A stretch of 64,000 bases of DNA, taken from assembly GCA_963813715.1 (NCBI GenBank), contig CAWFAK010000007.1, positions 576,001 through 640,000 of the forward strand, written 5' to 3'. Positions 9,829 through 23,271 of the stretch are shown in pieces; position 1 is the stretch's first letter; every line of letters begins with the position of its first letter. Source of the stretch: an uncultured Planctomycetaceae bacterium. Lineage in GTDB: Bacteria > Planctomycetota > Planctomycetia > Planctomycetales > Planctomycetaceae. Below the pieces are notes generated by a model. That model made no database searches. It worked only from the letters and a program-made list of their open reading frames with translations, and was not told the DNA's origin. A program made the translations under genes and the position numbers.

Positions 9829-11117
9829 CTAGCTCCGAATCTGTCCGCTTCCGTGCACGACGTATTTGTAACTGGTCAGTTCCTGCAAACCGCAGGGCCC
9901 GCGGGCGTGAAAGCGATCGGTGCTGATGCCGATCTCCGCTCCCAGGCCGAATTCGCCGCCGTCGTTAAACCGCGTGCTCGCGTTGACGAGCACGGCCGCC
10001 GAATCGACTCGGGCCGTGAATTCGTTGGCCGCGGACAGGTCATTAGTCACGATCGTGTCGGTGTGGTGCGAGCCGAAGGTCTCGATGTGCTCGATCGCCT
10101 CGTCGAGCGAATCGACCACCTTCACCGACAGGATCAAGTCGAGATATTCGGTGCGATAATCGTCATCGGTCGCCGGCCGCGCCTCGGGAACCAACGCGCG
10201 GGTCCGCTCGCAGCCCCGCAGCTCGACCTTTTTGGCCCGCAGCGTCTTCGCGACCTGCGGCAGGAATTTTCCGGCGACGTCGCGATGCACCAACAACGAC
10301 TCGGTCGCATTGCAGACGCCCGGACGCTGGCACTTGCCGTTCACCAAAATGTCCTCGGCCATCTTCAGGTCGGCCGACGCGTCGACGTAGACGTGGCAGA
10401 TGCCGTCGAAATGCTTGAGGACGGGCATCGTCGCCTCGGCCGTCACCCGCTCGATCAGCGAGCGTCCGCCGCGGGGAATGGCCAGATCGATCTGGTCTCG
10501 CAACTTGAGGAAGTGTCCGATGGCCTCGCGATCGGTCGTGTCGACCAGTTGCACGGCATCGCGCGGCAGGCCGGCAGCGCCGAGCGCTCGACGAGCAAAT
10601 CGGCCAGCGCCCGATTGCTGGCTTTGGCCTCTTTGCCCCCGCGGAGGATGACCGCGTTGCCGCTCTTCACGCAGAGCGAAGCCGCGTCGACCGTCACGTT
10701 CGGCCGCGATTCGTAAATGAAGAAGATGACGCCCAGCGGCACGCGGACGCGCGTGACCAACAGGCCGTTGGGCCGCACGTTGCTCGCGAAGACTCTCGCC
10801 GACCGGCTCGGGCAGCGTGGCGACCTGCTCCAACCCTTGGGCGATCCCCTCCAGGCGGGCCTCCGTCAGTCGCAAGCGATCGATCAGGGCCGCACTGAGT
10901 CCGGCAGCCTGGGCGGCGGTGCAGTCCCGTTCATTCGCCTCGAGCAGACGCGGGCGTGCGCTCGACGGATGAGGGCCGCCGACCGGGTCAGCCAGTCGTT
11001 TTTCTGCGCACCGGTGGCGACGGCCAACTGCCGCGCGGCCTGGCGAGCGCGCAGGGCCGTCTTCCGGGCGTAGTCTGCCAGATCGGCGGGGGCCGGAGCT
11101 TGGAGGCCGACGTTCAT
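9829..11117 (-). CDS. proA: Gamma-glutamyl phosphate reductase (several frameshifts)
   Basis: [51 protein letters not shown] and GAEIGIST, spread over three frames. Confidence 0.92.
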
Positions 11118-11123
11118 ACTGCA

Positions 11124-11152
11124 AGTATCGGCCAACGCAAAATCTGAGTCAA
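11124..11152 (-). promoter_or_regulatory. Candidate sigma70 promoter giving a leaderless proA transcript
   Basis: TTGACT-17 nt-GATACT-6 nt-ATG. Confidence 0.55.
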
Positions 11153-11170
11153 CGCGGGTTTACGCGCCGG

Positions 11171-11304
11171 GAATGACGAAGCACGAATGACGAAGGAAGC
11201 ACGAATGACTTAATGATCAAATCGAGGTCGGCGTTTGCTGCTTCGGCCTTCATTCGGTCATTAGGACGTTGAGGCATTCTTTCGTCATTCGTGCTTCGTC
11301 ATTC
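11171..11304. repeat. Long inverted repeat built of GAATGAC/GAAGCAC heptamers
   Basis: GAATGACGAAGCACGAATGACGAA (11171) and its exact reverse complement ending at 11304. Confidence 0.8.
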
Positions 11305-11309
11305 GCACT

Positions 11310-11828
11310 TCAAAACGGCCAGCCGGAATAGAGCTTGGCGCGAAAGTCGTGCCACTCTTCGCGGTGGTTGGCTCCCTCCGGGCGTTCGACCATCTCGCAG
11401 ATCCATTCGTCCATGCGGCGGAGGCGCTGGGCCATCAGCGAGGCGACGATGTACGCGATCTTGTGCGCGGCCGACGGATTGCTCGTTTGCAGCTGCTCGT
11501 AGCTTTCGCGGGTCATCCGCAGCACCTTGACGACTGTCGATGCGCGAACGGTGGCCGAGTGGGGGGCCTTCTGGAAGAAGGACATTTCGCCGAAGGCCGA
11601 GCCCGCCTCGAGCGTGGCGAGCGTGTGTTCGGCCGGCCCCTTGTTCTTTTTGACGACCTCGCACGTCCCCTTCACGAGGATCCACAGGGTCTGCTCGGAC
11701 TTCCCCTCCGTGAGGATCACGTCCCCCTTGGCGTACGACCGCTGCTCGAGCAGGGCGAGCGTGCTGTCGTATTCCTCGGCCGTGAAGCCATCAAAGATCG
11801 GGGAGACCATCGTGCTGGCGTTCGTCAT
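11310..11828 (-). CDS. Stand-alone cyclic nucleotide-binding domain protein
   Basis: YAKGDVILTEG, GSAFGEMSFF and HSATVRA; no HTH domain is apparent. Confidence 0.85.
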   Translation of the reverse strand: MTNASTMVSPIFDGFTAEEYDSTLALLEQRSYAKGDVILTEGKSEQTLWILVKGTCEVVKKNKGPAEHTLATLEAGSAFGEMSFFQKAPHSATVRASTVVKVLRMTRESYEQLQTSNPSAAHKIAYIVASLMAQRLRRMDEWICEMVERPEGANHREEWHDFRAKLYSGWPF

Positions 11829-11941
11829 GGACGGTCCTTTGTGGAGCAACATCGATGCACGGCTCGCCGGCGTTTCGGCCCTTCCAGCGCTGGAAGGTCC
11901 GCCGGGGCGTCGCCCGACGGCAAAACGCAGCGAGCGTCGAA

Positions 11942-13174
11942 TTAGGAAATTCCGGCCAGGACCGTCGCCCGGCCCACGCGGCCAATTCCAAGCAAGTAGG
12001 CTGCCGTTCGCAAGGAAACGTGCTTGTCTTCGGCGATCTTCCAAACTTTGTCGAAGCTTTCAAGGAGGATGCGGTCCAGTTCTGTCCGCACACGAGTCAG
12101 GTCCCAGCGGAAATGCTGGCGGTTTTGCACCCATTCGAAGTAGCTGGCCGTCACGCCGCCGGAGTTGGCCAGAATGTCGGGCAGGACGAGCAATTTGCGT
12201 TGTTCGAAGATGGCGTCGGCGTCGATCACGGTCGGGTTGTTGGCGGCCTCGACGATGTATCGGGCCCGGATGTCCTTGGCATTGTCTTTATTCAATACGC
12301 CGCCCAGGGCCGCGGGAATCAACACGTCGACCGGCATCGTGAGTAGTTTTTCGTTATTGATCTGCTCGCCGCCGGAGAAATCGCGGACGCTGACGTGGTC
12401 GCGGCAGAACTGCAGCAGGCCCGGGATGTCGAGACCTTGCGGGTTGAAGATGCCGCCGTCCTTATCGCTGACGGCGATGACCTTCATCCCTTTCGCATGC
12501 AGGAATTGCGAGGCAAACGAGCCGACGTTGCCGAACCCCTGAATGGCGACGGTGGCCCCCTGCACCGGCTGCTTGACCCGCTCCAGCATGGCGGCCGTAA
12601 GAATGGCGACGCCGCGGCCGGTCGCCTCTTCGCGCCCTTCCGAGCCGTGCAGCTCGAGCGGCTTGCCGGTGACGCAGGCCGGGTTGAAGCCCTTGTACTT
12701 CTGATATTGGCTCATGAACCAGGCCATGACCTGCGCGTTGGTCCCCATATCGGGAGCGGGGATGTCGCTGTCGGGTCCGACCATGTCGTGAATGGCGTCG
12801 ACGAACTTACGCGTCACCCGCTCGAGCTCGCCCTGGCTCAACTCCTGCGGGTTGATCGAGATGCCCCCCTTCGCTCCGCCGTACGGAATGTTGACGACGG
12901 CCGTCTTCCACGTCATGAGGGTGGCAAGCGCGCGGACTTCGTCGGCGTCGGTTTCCTGGTGGTAGCGCAGGCCGCCTTTCATCGGGCCGCGGGCGCTGTC
13001 GTGCTGCACGCGATAGCCGATGAAGGTGGCGATCTCGCCGTTGTCGCGCTCGAGCGTCACTTGGACCTTGAGTTCGCGCTCGGGGATCAACAGCAGGGCC
13101 TGCATGTTCTTGGACAGGCCCATCAGGTTGGCAGCGTGGTCGAAATACCGGACGGTGGTGTCGTACTGAGTCAT
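11942..13174 (-). CDS. gdhA: Glu/Leu/Phe/Val dehydrogenase (glutamate dehydrogenase)
   Basis: [36 protein letters not shown] and SYFEWVQN. Confidence 0.93.
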   Translation of the reverse strand: MTQYDTTVRYFDHAANLMGLSKNMQALLLIPERELKVQVTLERDNGEIATFIGYRVQHDSARGPMKGGLRYHQETDADEVRALATLMTWKTAVVNIPYGGAKGGISINPQELSQGELERVTRKFVDAIHDMVGPDSDIPAPDMGTNAQVMAWFMSQYQKYKGFNPACVTGKPLELHGSEGREEATGRGVAILTAAMLERVKQPVQGATVAIQGFGNVGSFASQFLHAKGMKVIAVSDKDGGIFNPQGLDIPGLLQFCRDHVSVRDFSGGEQINNEKLLTMPVDVLIPAALGGVLNKDNAKDIRARYIVEAANNPTVIDADAIFEQRKLLVLPDILANSGGVTASYFEWVQNRQHFRWDLTRVRTELDRILLESFDKVWKIAEDKHVSLRTAAYLLGIGRVGRATVLAGIS

Positions 13175-13482
13175 CGAAGCTCCCTCCGGCCGGGCGAAGT
13201 GCCGGCAGACATTCGCTGAGGCCGGATTCTATGAAAGCGCGAGTTGAAGTGAGAGCTCTCGGCGCGAGCGAAAACCGAAATCCCTGAATGTTGGGGCTCG
13301 CCACGGCAGTGGGCGCGAGCCGGGTTTCGATTCACCTCCCGTCCTTAATCATCATTCTAGCCATTAACTGAACAGTGTTAAACATTGGGGGGTGTTAGCC
13401 GGGGGTGTTAACCACAGGTCGGCATTGGGCATCCGTCGGCCGAGGTCTTCGTTTCCCGAGCTGGGGGCTCTCTTCGCGAAGC

Positions 13483-14783
13483 CTATTTATCGAATTCGGC
13501 CGGCGAGACCGACTCCCGGTCGTCGCGGGCATCGGCTCGTCGGACTTCGGATCGTCCCAGGTCGGAGCGTCGCACGTCCGACGAATCGCGGGAAGACATC
13601 CGGCGATCGGGTGTGCGGCCGTTGGCCCGCCACGGTCCGGCGACGTTTGTGACGAAGAAGCGTTCCAGCACGCGAGCATACAAATCGTGTCCGGCGGCTG
13701 AAAAGCGAGGCGCGTTTTCCCGGAACAGGCGTTCCGCATGTTCTGTCCCGCGAAACGCGGGCGACGGATCGCAGTAGAGGATGTTTTCCCGCTCGGCAAA
13801 GGCCGACAGCGAATCGAACGGCAGCCGGTTCTTATACAGCACGTGTTGCTGCAGGCCGGCCCGCTCACGGACGCCCGCGCCGTTGCTGGCCTCGGCCGTG
13901 ACCTGCCACGGGCACGGAATCACCGAGAGCACAAATTCCGCATTGGCCTGCCGGCAGGCGACGGCCATCTGACTCAGTATGTCGAGCGTCTGGTCGATGT
14001 AGACCGACCAATCGGGTGCGTCGTCCCGCAGCCAAGCGTACGCACCCTGCGGCGCGTCGATATCGCGGGCGTCTTCGGCCTGGTCGTCGGCCCCCAGCAG
14101 ATGGCCCACTCCTCGCTTGCCGTGCTGCCACAACAAGAGCCGCTCGACCCAGAAAACTTCCGAGGCCGTCCGCTGCCGCTCGAGTTCCGGGTGCGGACAG
14201 TAGAGAGGCTGCTTGCCGTTCATCCGCACGTGACGCCGGCAACGATGATCGTCGGCCACGTCGGCCATGTCGAAGTTGAATACGACGAGGTCAGGAGCGA
14301 GGGCAAGCAGGCGATGTCGCAGTGACAGGTACGAGAGCAGCGGCCCTGTTTGCGGACAGCCGGCGTTGATCACCTCGAGATTGACCGCGCTCGGAACGGG
14401 CAGCAGTTCCTTGATGCGGGCGGCGAACGTTTCGGCCTGCGCGGTTTCGGCGCAAGCGTCGACTCGTCTCCCAGGCAGACGATCCGAAACGTGCCGGGCG
14501 GCTTGGGGACTTCGACCTCCGGGCCGCGGAGGCCCAGGCTGTTGGTCCGCCAGCGAACTTCCGTCCCCAGGTCGGGATCGGTAACCGTGATTCGCAAGTC
14601 GGGCTTGAGGCTGTGATGCACCGTCCACGACGGCGCGCACGCGCTTTTATCCGCGCGGCAGACGGCGCACTCGGCCCACGAGTCGTACACATGCAGCCCG
14701 AGTTCGGTGCCGCAGATGCAGAGCCCCAGGGAACCGATTGCCAGAATCAGGTGTTTGATAAAAGCGAGACGAGAACGGACCAT
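13483..14783 (-). CDS. SGNH/GDSL hydrolase family protein, membrane-anchored (frameshift near 14450)
   Basis: N-terminal TM segment, TNSLGLRGPE and RIVCLGDES in one frame; EVINAG and PDLVV in the next. Confidence 0.75.
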
Positions 14784-14925
14784 CCGTGGCCGCTCCAAAG
14801 GGTCCGGGATTGTAGAGAGCCTGCGGAAGACGAGCAAGACGGGTTGGAACGATCTCAGAACGTCGGCAAATGCGTGCGATTTTGCCCGACGCGCTCTGCG
14901 CAGCTCGGCCCCAGAATCGGCAATT

Positions 14926-15013
14926 GGGTGGCACTGGCGGCTTGTCCGCCAGTGTCCATCTTTCTCCACGCAAACGAATCAAGACACTGGCGGACAAGCC
15001 GCCAGTGCCACCC
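14926..15013. repeat. REPIN-like inverted doublet, family A
   Basis: 31-bp arms GGGTGGCACTGGCGGCTTGTCCGCCAGTGTC / GACACTGGCGGACAAGCCGCCAGTGCCACCC. Confidence 0.85.
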
Positions 15014-15033
15014 TCGGAGGTTCCCTCGCCCCG

Positions 15034-15968
15034 TCAGACGTGGTCGATCTCGTGAAAATGCTCGGCGGCGGCGCGGTGGCGGTCTTCGATGTGGATCCGC
15101 TCGACCAGCGGCTTGAGCATCGTCAACTCTTTCACGCGGTCGGTGACGGAGAACAGTTCGCGGCATATCGCGTCGGCCGGCATCCAGCCGCCCACTCGCC
15201 CGGCGCCCCGTGCGACGGCCAGCCCGATCACCGCCGCGTACAGCCCGCGTTCGACTTGCTCCGTCTCGTCGACGATCGCGAGGTCGCGCAGCAGGAGGCC
15301 GTGTGGCCGATTGACCACGCGCAGGTAGCCGACGCGCTTGCCGGCTCGCTCTGCGAAATAGAACTCGTCTTCCAGTCGCTGCGTGATCAGGTAGCGCCAA
15401 TATTCGGACGATCGGGCGATCGACAGTGCCAAGCCGGCGTGGGCCCGGTCATAGATCTCCGACAGCTCAGGAATGACCTCGAGCGCGTCGATGCGGCGGA
15501 GTATGCACGGCTCGGGCAGATCGCGGGGAGCGGACGACAGATCGGCCCAGCCCTGCTTCGCCGGACAGGGTCGGTAGCCCAGCCTCTCGTAATAGGCGGG
15601 GCCGATGTCGGAATAGAGCAGGCTGAACGTCTTGCCGACCGCGCGTTCCTGACTTTCGGCAAACGCCAAGAGCCGCGGGGCGAAGCCGCGACCGCGAAAC
15701 TCGGCCGGCGTATGCACGGCGCCGATGGCGCAGGCCCGTTCGACCGTCCCGTCGATCGATACCGACACGTGAAAGCAGTTGCAGGCCGTCACGACGCGGC
15801 CATCGAGCGTGCCCACGTACGACGTCGCGTTCTTATACCGCGGATCGGCGAGCCGTCGCCGGGTGTGCTCTTCGGGGTCGGGGCGGAGGGCCAAACATCA
15901 TGCACGTTGCGAAAGGCCTGCGCCAGTTCATCGGGGTTAGCGCGATGCAGATCCAAGTGTTCAGTCAT
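15034..15968 (-). CDS. GNAT family N-acetyltransferase (frameshift near 15880)
   Basis: IGAVHTPAEFRGRGFA acetyl-CoA motif and YYERLGY; the N-terminus MTEHLDLHRAN is in another frame. Confidence 0.8.
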
Positions 15969-16064
15969 AGCGTCTCGCGAGTTGGCAGCCAGAGGGCCCT
16001 TCGATCATAATCCGACATCTCTGAGACAACTTTATAAAGACCCGCGCGCAATAGACGAAAAACC

Positions 16065-17278
16065 ATGAAATCCAAAACGGCCACCGCACCTCCCGCCTCG
16101 TTGCCTGAGATCGACAAGGCTGCTGCAGTGCGGTTGGTCTCCGAGATGATGGCCGTTCCCGGTCTCAGCGGACAAGAGCGCAAGATTCAAACCGCCGTCC
16201 GCGCAAAGCTCAAGAGCTTGGGCATACCGGCCTCGGCCATCGTCGAGGACACGGCCCCCAAACGCAGTCCGCTCGGCGGCGATTGCGGCAACCTGATCGT
16301 GAAGTTGCCCGGCACGATGCGCGGCCCGCGGCGGCTGTTGATGGCCCATCTCGATACAGTTCCCATCTGCGCCGGCTCGTAAGCCCGTCCGCAAGGGCGA
16401 CCTCATCGTCTCGAAGAATCCCAAAACGGGCCTGGGCGCGGACGATCGCGCCGGCGTGAGCGTCCTGCTGACGGCGCTTGCCGAGATCCGTCGCCGCAAG
16501 CTGCCGCATCCGCCGTTGACCTTCGTCTGGCCCGTGCAAGAAGAGGTCGGACTGCTCGGGAGTGCGATTCATGGACTTCAAGAAGCTGGGCAACCCGCAG
16601 CTCTGCTTCAACTGGGACGGCGGACCGTCCGACGTGGCGACGGTCGGCGCGACGGGAGGCGTCGAGCTGACGATCCGCATCGTCGGGCTGGCGAGCCACG
16701 CCGGCGCCCATCCCGAGCTGGGCATCAGTGCGATCGGTGTCGCCGGCGTCGCCATTGCCGACCTGGTGGCCGGCGGCTGGCACGGGCTGGTCGTCAAAGG
16801 GAGCCGCACGGGGACGAGCAATATCGGGATCATTTCGGCGGGCGACGCCACGAACGTCGTCACGCCGGAGCTTGACCTCAAGGCCGAGGTCCGCAGCCAC
16901 GACCCGCAGTTCCGTCGCGAGATCATTGCCGCCTATAGGACGGCCTTCGAGAAGGCGGCCAAGACGCTGACGAACGCCGCGGGCGTAGCGGGCCGCATCG
17001 AATTCAGCCTGTTCGAGAAATACGAGTCGTTCCGCCTCCCCGACGACGCGCCGGTCGTGAAGACGGCCCTCCGCGCGATCGAGCTGAGCGGATCGACTCC
17101 CGCCCTGCGCACGACCAACGGCGGTCTCGACGCCAATTGGCTCACGGCGCACGGCTTCCCCACCGTGACGCTCGGCTGCGGCCAGCAGGACGTGCACACC
17201 GTGGCCGAGAGCCTGCACATTCCCAGCTATCTCAACGGCTGCCGCATCGCGCTTGCGCTGGCGACAGCCGCCGTCTGA
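16065..17278 (+). CDS. M20 family metallopeptidase, peptidase T-like (two frameshifts)
   Basis: LMAHLDTV, LGADDRAG, QEEVGL, ASHAG, GGLDAN and HTVAE. Confidence 0.85.
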
Positions 17279-17361
17279 CGCCCCAATCGGCCGCACTTGC
17301 AGCGGCTGGTATTCTCGAACGCGCCGCAAAAAGAATAGAATCGGGCGTTTGATTTTGACAT

Positions 17362-17390
17362 TTGGCAAGCGCTGCGCCGTCTGCTAATTT
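17362..17390 (+). promoter_or_regulatory. Candidate sigma70 promoter for ispA-dxs
   Basis: TTGGCA-17 nt-TAATTT with an extended -10 TG. Confidence 0.45.
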
Positions 17391-17442
17391 TTAAGCATCT
17401 AATTCGGAAGCACGTTTCACACCCCGAATCGAGCGTTTGGGC

Positions 17443-18338
17443 ATGGCGGAAGCAGCACTCTTGGAAGATGCACTGGCCGGACAGCGGCTCCTGATCAATC
17501 GTCAACTGGCGGAATACATCGATCGGCTCGGCTCCGATTGTCCCGACCGTCTCCGCGAGGCGATGGCTTACAGCCTGCTGGCCGGCGGCAAGCGGCTGCG
17601 GCCGCTGTTGACGTTGCTCGCCTGCGAAGCGGCCGGCGGCAACCCCCAAGCGGCGCTCCCCGCGGCCTGCGCGGTCGAGATGATCCACACCTATTCGCTG
17701 ATCCACGACGACCTGCCCGCGATGGACGACGATTCGCTCCGTCGCGGCCGGCCGACATGCCACATCCAGTTCGGCGAGGCGATCGCCATTCTGGCCGGCG
17801 ACGCACTGCTGACGCTGGCCTTCGAGGTCCTGGCCCGCGACGTCCACCCCCCGCAAGTCGCTGCCGCCTGCTGTGCCGATCTGGCGGCCGCGGCCGGTGC
17901 CACAGGGATGGTCGCCGGGCAGACAGCCGACTTCGAGGCGGAAGGGACGGGAGTCGCCGGGATCGAACAACTTCAAGCCATCCACCTGAGGAAGACTGGA
18001 CGCCTGCTGCGGTCGGCCCTCACAATGGGGGGGCGGATCGCGGGAGCGTCGCCGGAAGCTCTTGCCAGCCTTGCCCAATACGGCGACAAGGTTGGCTTGG
18101 CGTTCCAAATTGCGGACGATCTCTTGGACATTGTCGGTGAACAAGAGAAGATGGGAAAAGGCGTGCGTAAAGACGCCAACCTTGGGAAGTTGACTTACCC
18201 CTTCCTCTTGGGGATGCAAGAGAGCCGCAAGCGGGCCCGCTTGTTGATCGACGAGGCGTGCCGTTCGCTCGCCGTGTTCGGCGAGGCGAGCCAGCGCTTG
18301 GAAGCGTCGGCGCACTTCGTTCTTGAGAGAGACCATTG

Positions 18339-18339
<1 letters not shown>
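17443..18339 (+). CDS. ispA: Farnesyl/geranylgeranyl diphosphate synthase
   Basis: GGKRLRP, HDDLPAMDDD, RRGRPT, FQIADD and GKLTYP. Confidence 0.93.
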
Positions 18340-20234
<1,895 letters not shown>

Positions 20235-20354
20235 ACGACGTTCGCGACGTGCGACGTCGATTTGTGTCGTCGACCGTCGCCCGACCGCGACCGCACGGCG
20301 GGGTTGTAAAAGACCGCTTGCCGCCGTTTGCCGGAATCGACACAATTCCGCGCC

Positions 20355-21717
20355 ATGAACCGGCATTCACTTCTCTCCATCGTTTTACTGTCGTTTTGCA
20401 CCTTGGTCGCTGCGCGAGATCGTGCCTCGGCCGCGGATAACGGTCCGTTCACGCTCAAGGAAGCGGCCCCCGATGCGCGGATCGAAAACGTCGATGTGCG
20501 GGTGAAGGTTTCGGGCACGGCCGAGTTTGCGATTGAGAAAGGCAAGCTACTTTCGCAGCCGATCGTTGCCGAGGCCGCTTTGAAATTCCGCGAACGCTGG
20601 CTGCCCGGCTCCGGCCGCGATGCCGAGGCCCTGCGTTCGCTGCGGCACTACGACGCACTGGTGACGGACATCAAGGTCGCCGACCATGCGACCCGCTCGC
20701 AGCTGTCGACCGATCGGCGGCAGATCGTCGCGCAGGGACGCAGCGAAGGGATTTTGTTCTACAGCCCGGCCGGCCCGCTGACGTCGGCCGATCTCGAGTT
20801 GTTGCGGGCCCCGGCCGACACCTTGTGCCTGGTGGCGCTGTTGCCGCCCAACCCGGTTTCGATCGGCGACAAATGGACGCCGCCCGCCTGGGCCGGCCAG
20901 ATGCTCACGGAAACCGAGGCCGCCTCCAAGTCCGAACTGACGTGCACGCTCGAATCGGTGGCCGACGACAAGGCCAAAGTCGCCGTGACGGGCTCCGTCG
21001 TCGGCGCGACCTCCGGCTCGTCGGGCAAGGTCGATCTGCACGGGTGGTACTTGTTCGACCTCAAGGCCCACCTCATCGCGCGGGCGGAGCTCGACCAGAT
21101 CGAAGATCGCACGGTCGGCCCCGTTTCGCCGGGCATGAGGGTGACGGCGCACACGACGGTTACGCGGGCCCCCTCGGACAATTCGGAAGGTCTGACGCAG
21201 GAAGCCGCCTCGGCCGTCCCGCTCGATCCGCCCGCCGCGCTCACGCTGCTCACATTCCACAGTCCGTGGAACATCGAGTTGACGCATGACCGCGATTGGC
21301 ACGTCTTCCAGCAGAACCGGCAAATCGCCGTGCTGCGATTGATCGAGCAAGGCAGCCTGGTCGCGCAGTGCAACCTGACGCCGATTCGCCCGGCGGCCGC
21401 GGGAGAGCACGTATCGCCGGAGCAGTTTCAGGACGACATCCGCACGAGCCTCGGCCCGCAGTTCAAGTCGCTCGAGAAGGCCGAGCCGATCCCGACGGGC
21501 GACGGACGCTTTCTCTTCCGCGTCAGCGGTCATCGGCGAAGCGAACAAAGCTCCGATCACGTGGATCTATTATCTCTGCGCGGCCCCCAGCGGTTCGCAA
21601 ACCTCGTGCGTGTTCGCCATCGACTCGACGCTGCGCAAGCGGCTGGGCGACCGCGACCTGGAAATGATGAAGAGCCTCAAGTTCGTCGACACGCCCACCC
21701 AGGCGGACAAACGCTAA
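20355..21717 (+). CDS. Hypothetical secreted protein (frameshift near 21530)
   Basis: Signal peptide and a long coherent frame; continues in an alternate frame (ITWIYYLCAAPSG) to TAA at 21717. Confidence 0.7.
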
Positions 21718-21900
21718 GCGGATCGCTGAGCGCAGCGGCGACTCTGGACTTTCGACGTCTGAGCGCCTTTTCTGCCGTTATAACCGGCACCGTCGGCACG
21801 CAAAGCTGGCGGCGACGTCCTCGCTGGGCCGCCCGTCTCCTGTTTCCGAGCTAGTGTTCACACGCGCCAGGCTCGGCGCGAGGAATGTCGGAGGCACGGA

Positions 21901-22839
21901 GTGTTCTCGATTCTCGACTTCGATCTGCCCACGCGGGTTTCGTCCGCGCTGTTTTGGGCGTGGATCATCGCCAGCGTGATGCTGGCCTTGGGGCTCGGTT
22001 TCTTGGCCGGCGTGACCTACGCCAACCGGGCCACCGATCGGGGCATTCGCAAAGCGTCCAAAACGCTGGCGTCGCTCTACGCCCTGGTGCTCGATTCTCT
22101 GGAGAATTCGCGGCGAATCGTCGCGCTCTTGGAGAACTTCCCGAAGGTCGCGCTCACCAAGGAACAGGTCGATCAGCTCGACACCAAGCGCGGCTTCCTG
22201 ACGGACATGATGGGACGGCTTATCGGCACGCAGCGCGATGCTCTCGCCAAACAGGTCGAAACGCAGGCCAAGCCGAAGCCCAAGTCCAAACCGATCAAGC
22301 TGACCTGGCAGCGGGGGACGTTCGACGCGCACACGAATCTGCCCGACCGGACCGCGTTCGACGTCAACCTGGCCCAAATGCTCGACGCCGGATCGCGGGC
22401 CGAGGTGCCGAGCGGCCTGTTGCAAATCCGCATCGATCGGATCGATCAGCTCAAGTCGCGGTTTGGGATCGCCGGATTCGACGCCTTCGTCAAGGATTTG
22501 GCCGCGGTGATGTCGCAATCGGTCCGCGAACAGGATCTGGCCTGCCGCCTGGCCCCCGATCTGTTTGCGATCTTGCTCCCCAATGTCGATGCGGAAAGCG
22601 GCCGCAAGCTGTCGCAGGCAGTGCGGAACGCCGTCCGCGTTCACAACTTCCGCACGCACGACGGGGGCCCGGAAGTGCTGGTGACGGCCAGCTTCGGCTT
22701 CACCCCCTGCCCGCCCCACGATTCGCCCGAAGCGGCTCTGACCCGCTCCGGCGACGCCCTGGCCCAGTCGGCCCGCAAGGGCCGCAACCAACTGCACGCC
22801 TACGAAGGCGAAGCGGTTGTACACTGCGCGGCCGGCTAA
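21901..22839 (+). CDS. Membrane-anchored GGDEF-domain protein with a degenerate active site
   Basis: N-terminal TM; DAHTNLPDRTAF, REQDLACRLAPDLF, VTASFG and ARKGRNQ. Confidence 0.85.
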   Translation: MFSILDFDLPTRVSSALFWAWIIASVMLALGLGFLAGVTYANRATDRGIRKASKTLASLYALVLDSLENSRRIVALLENFPKVALTKEQVDQLDTKRGFLTDMMGRLIGTQRDALAKQVETQAKPKPKSKPIKLTWQRGTFDAHTNLPDRTAFDVNLAQMLDAGSRAEVPSGLLQIRIDRIDQLKSRFGIAGFDAFVKDLAAVMSQSVREQDLACRLAPDLFAILLPNVDAESGRKLSQAVRNAVRVHNFRTHDGGPEVLVTASFGFTPCPPHDSPEAALTRSGDALAQSARKGRNQLHAYEGEAVVHCAAG

Positions 22840-23271
22840 TGCTGATTTTTTGCGGTCTTTGGACCTGCTCGGCGCGAAAGTTCCCGCGTCGGCGGCGGCT
22901 CGGTCGTAGAAGTCTCAATGGCCCGGATTTCGTGTGAAACTCGCAGCTGTTTTTTGACTGAAGGTCGACCCGGTCGGCCGATTAAAGACTCGCAAAACAC
23001 CGGGAATCGCAGCCACTTCCGCCAAAGCGCCTCTTGTCACGTTTCGCAGGTTCCGATACGATCCCATGGGCGACGGATCGCCGAAGCCTGGCAGCCTGTT
23101 GGAAAGCCAGCAGACCGGATTGTCTGCACCATTTGGGGAAGAATGTCTGCTCGACCCGCGGGACTTGTCGCAGTGAACAACCGGGTCGATCGGATCGATG
23201 CTGCGAGTGCGAATCGATCTTTCGGCGGCTGCTGTCCCCTTTTCTTCTCTTTCGCCATGGGATGAGGATCT

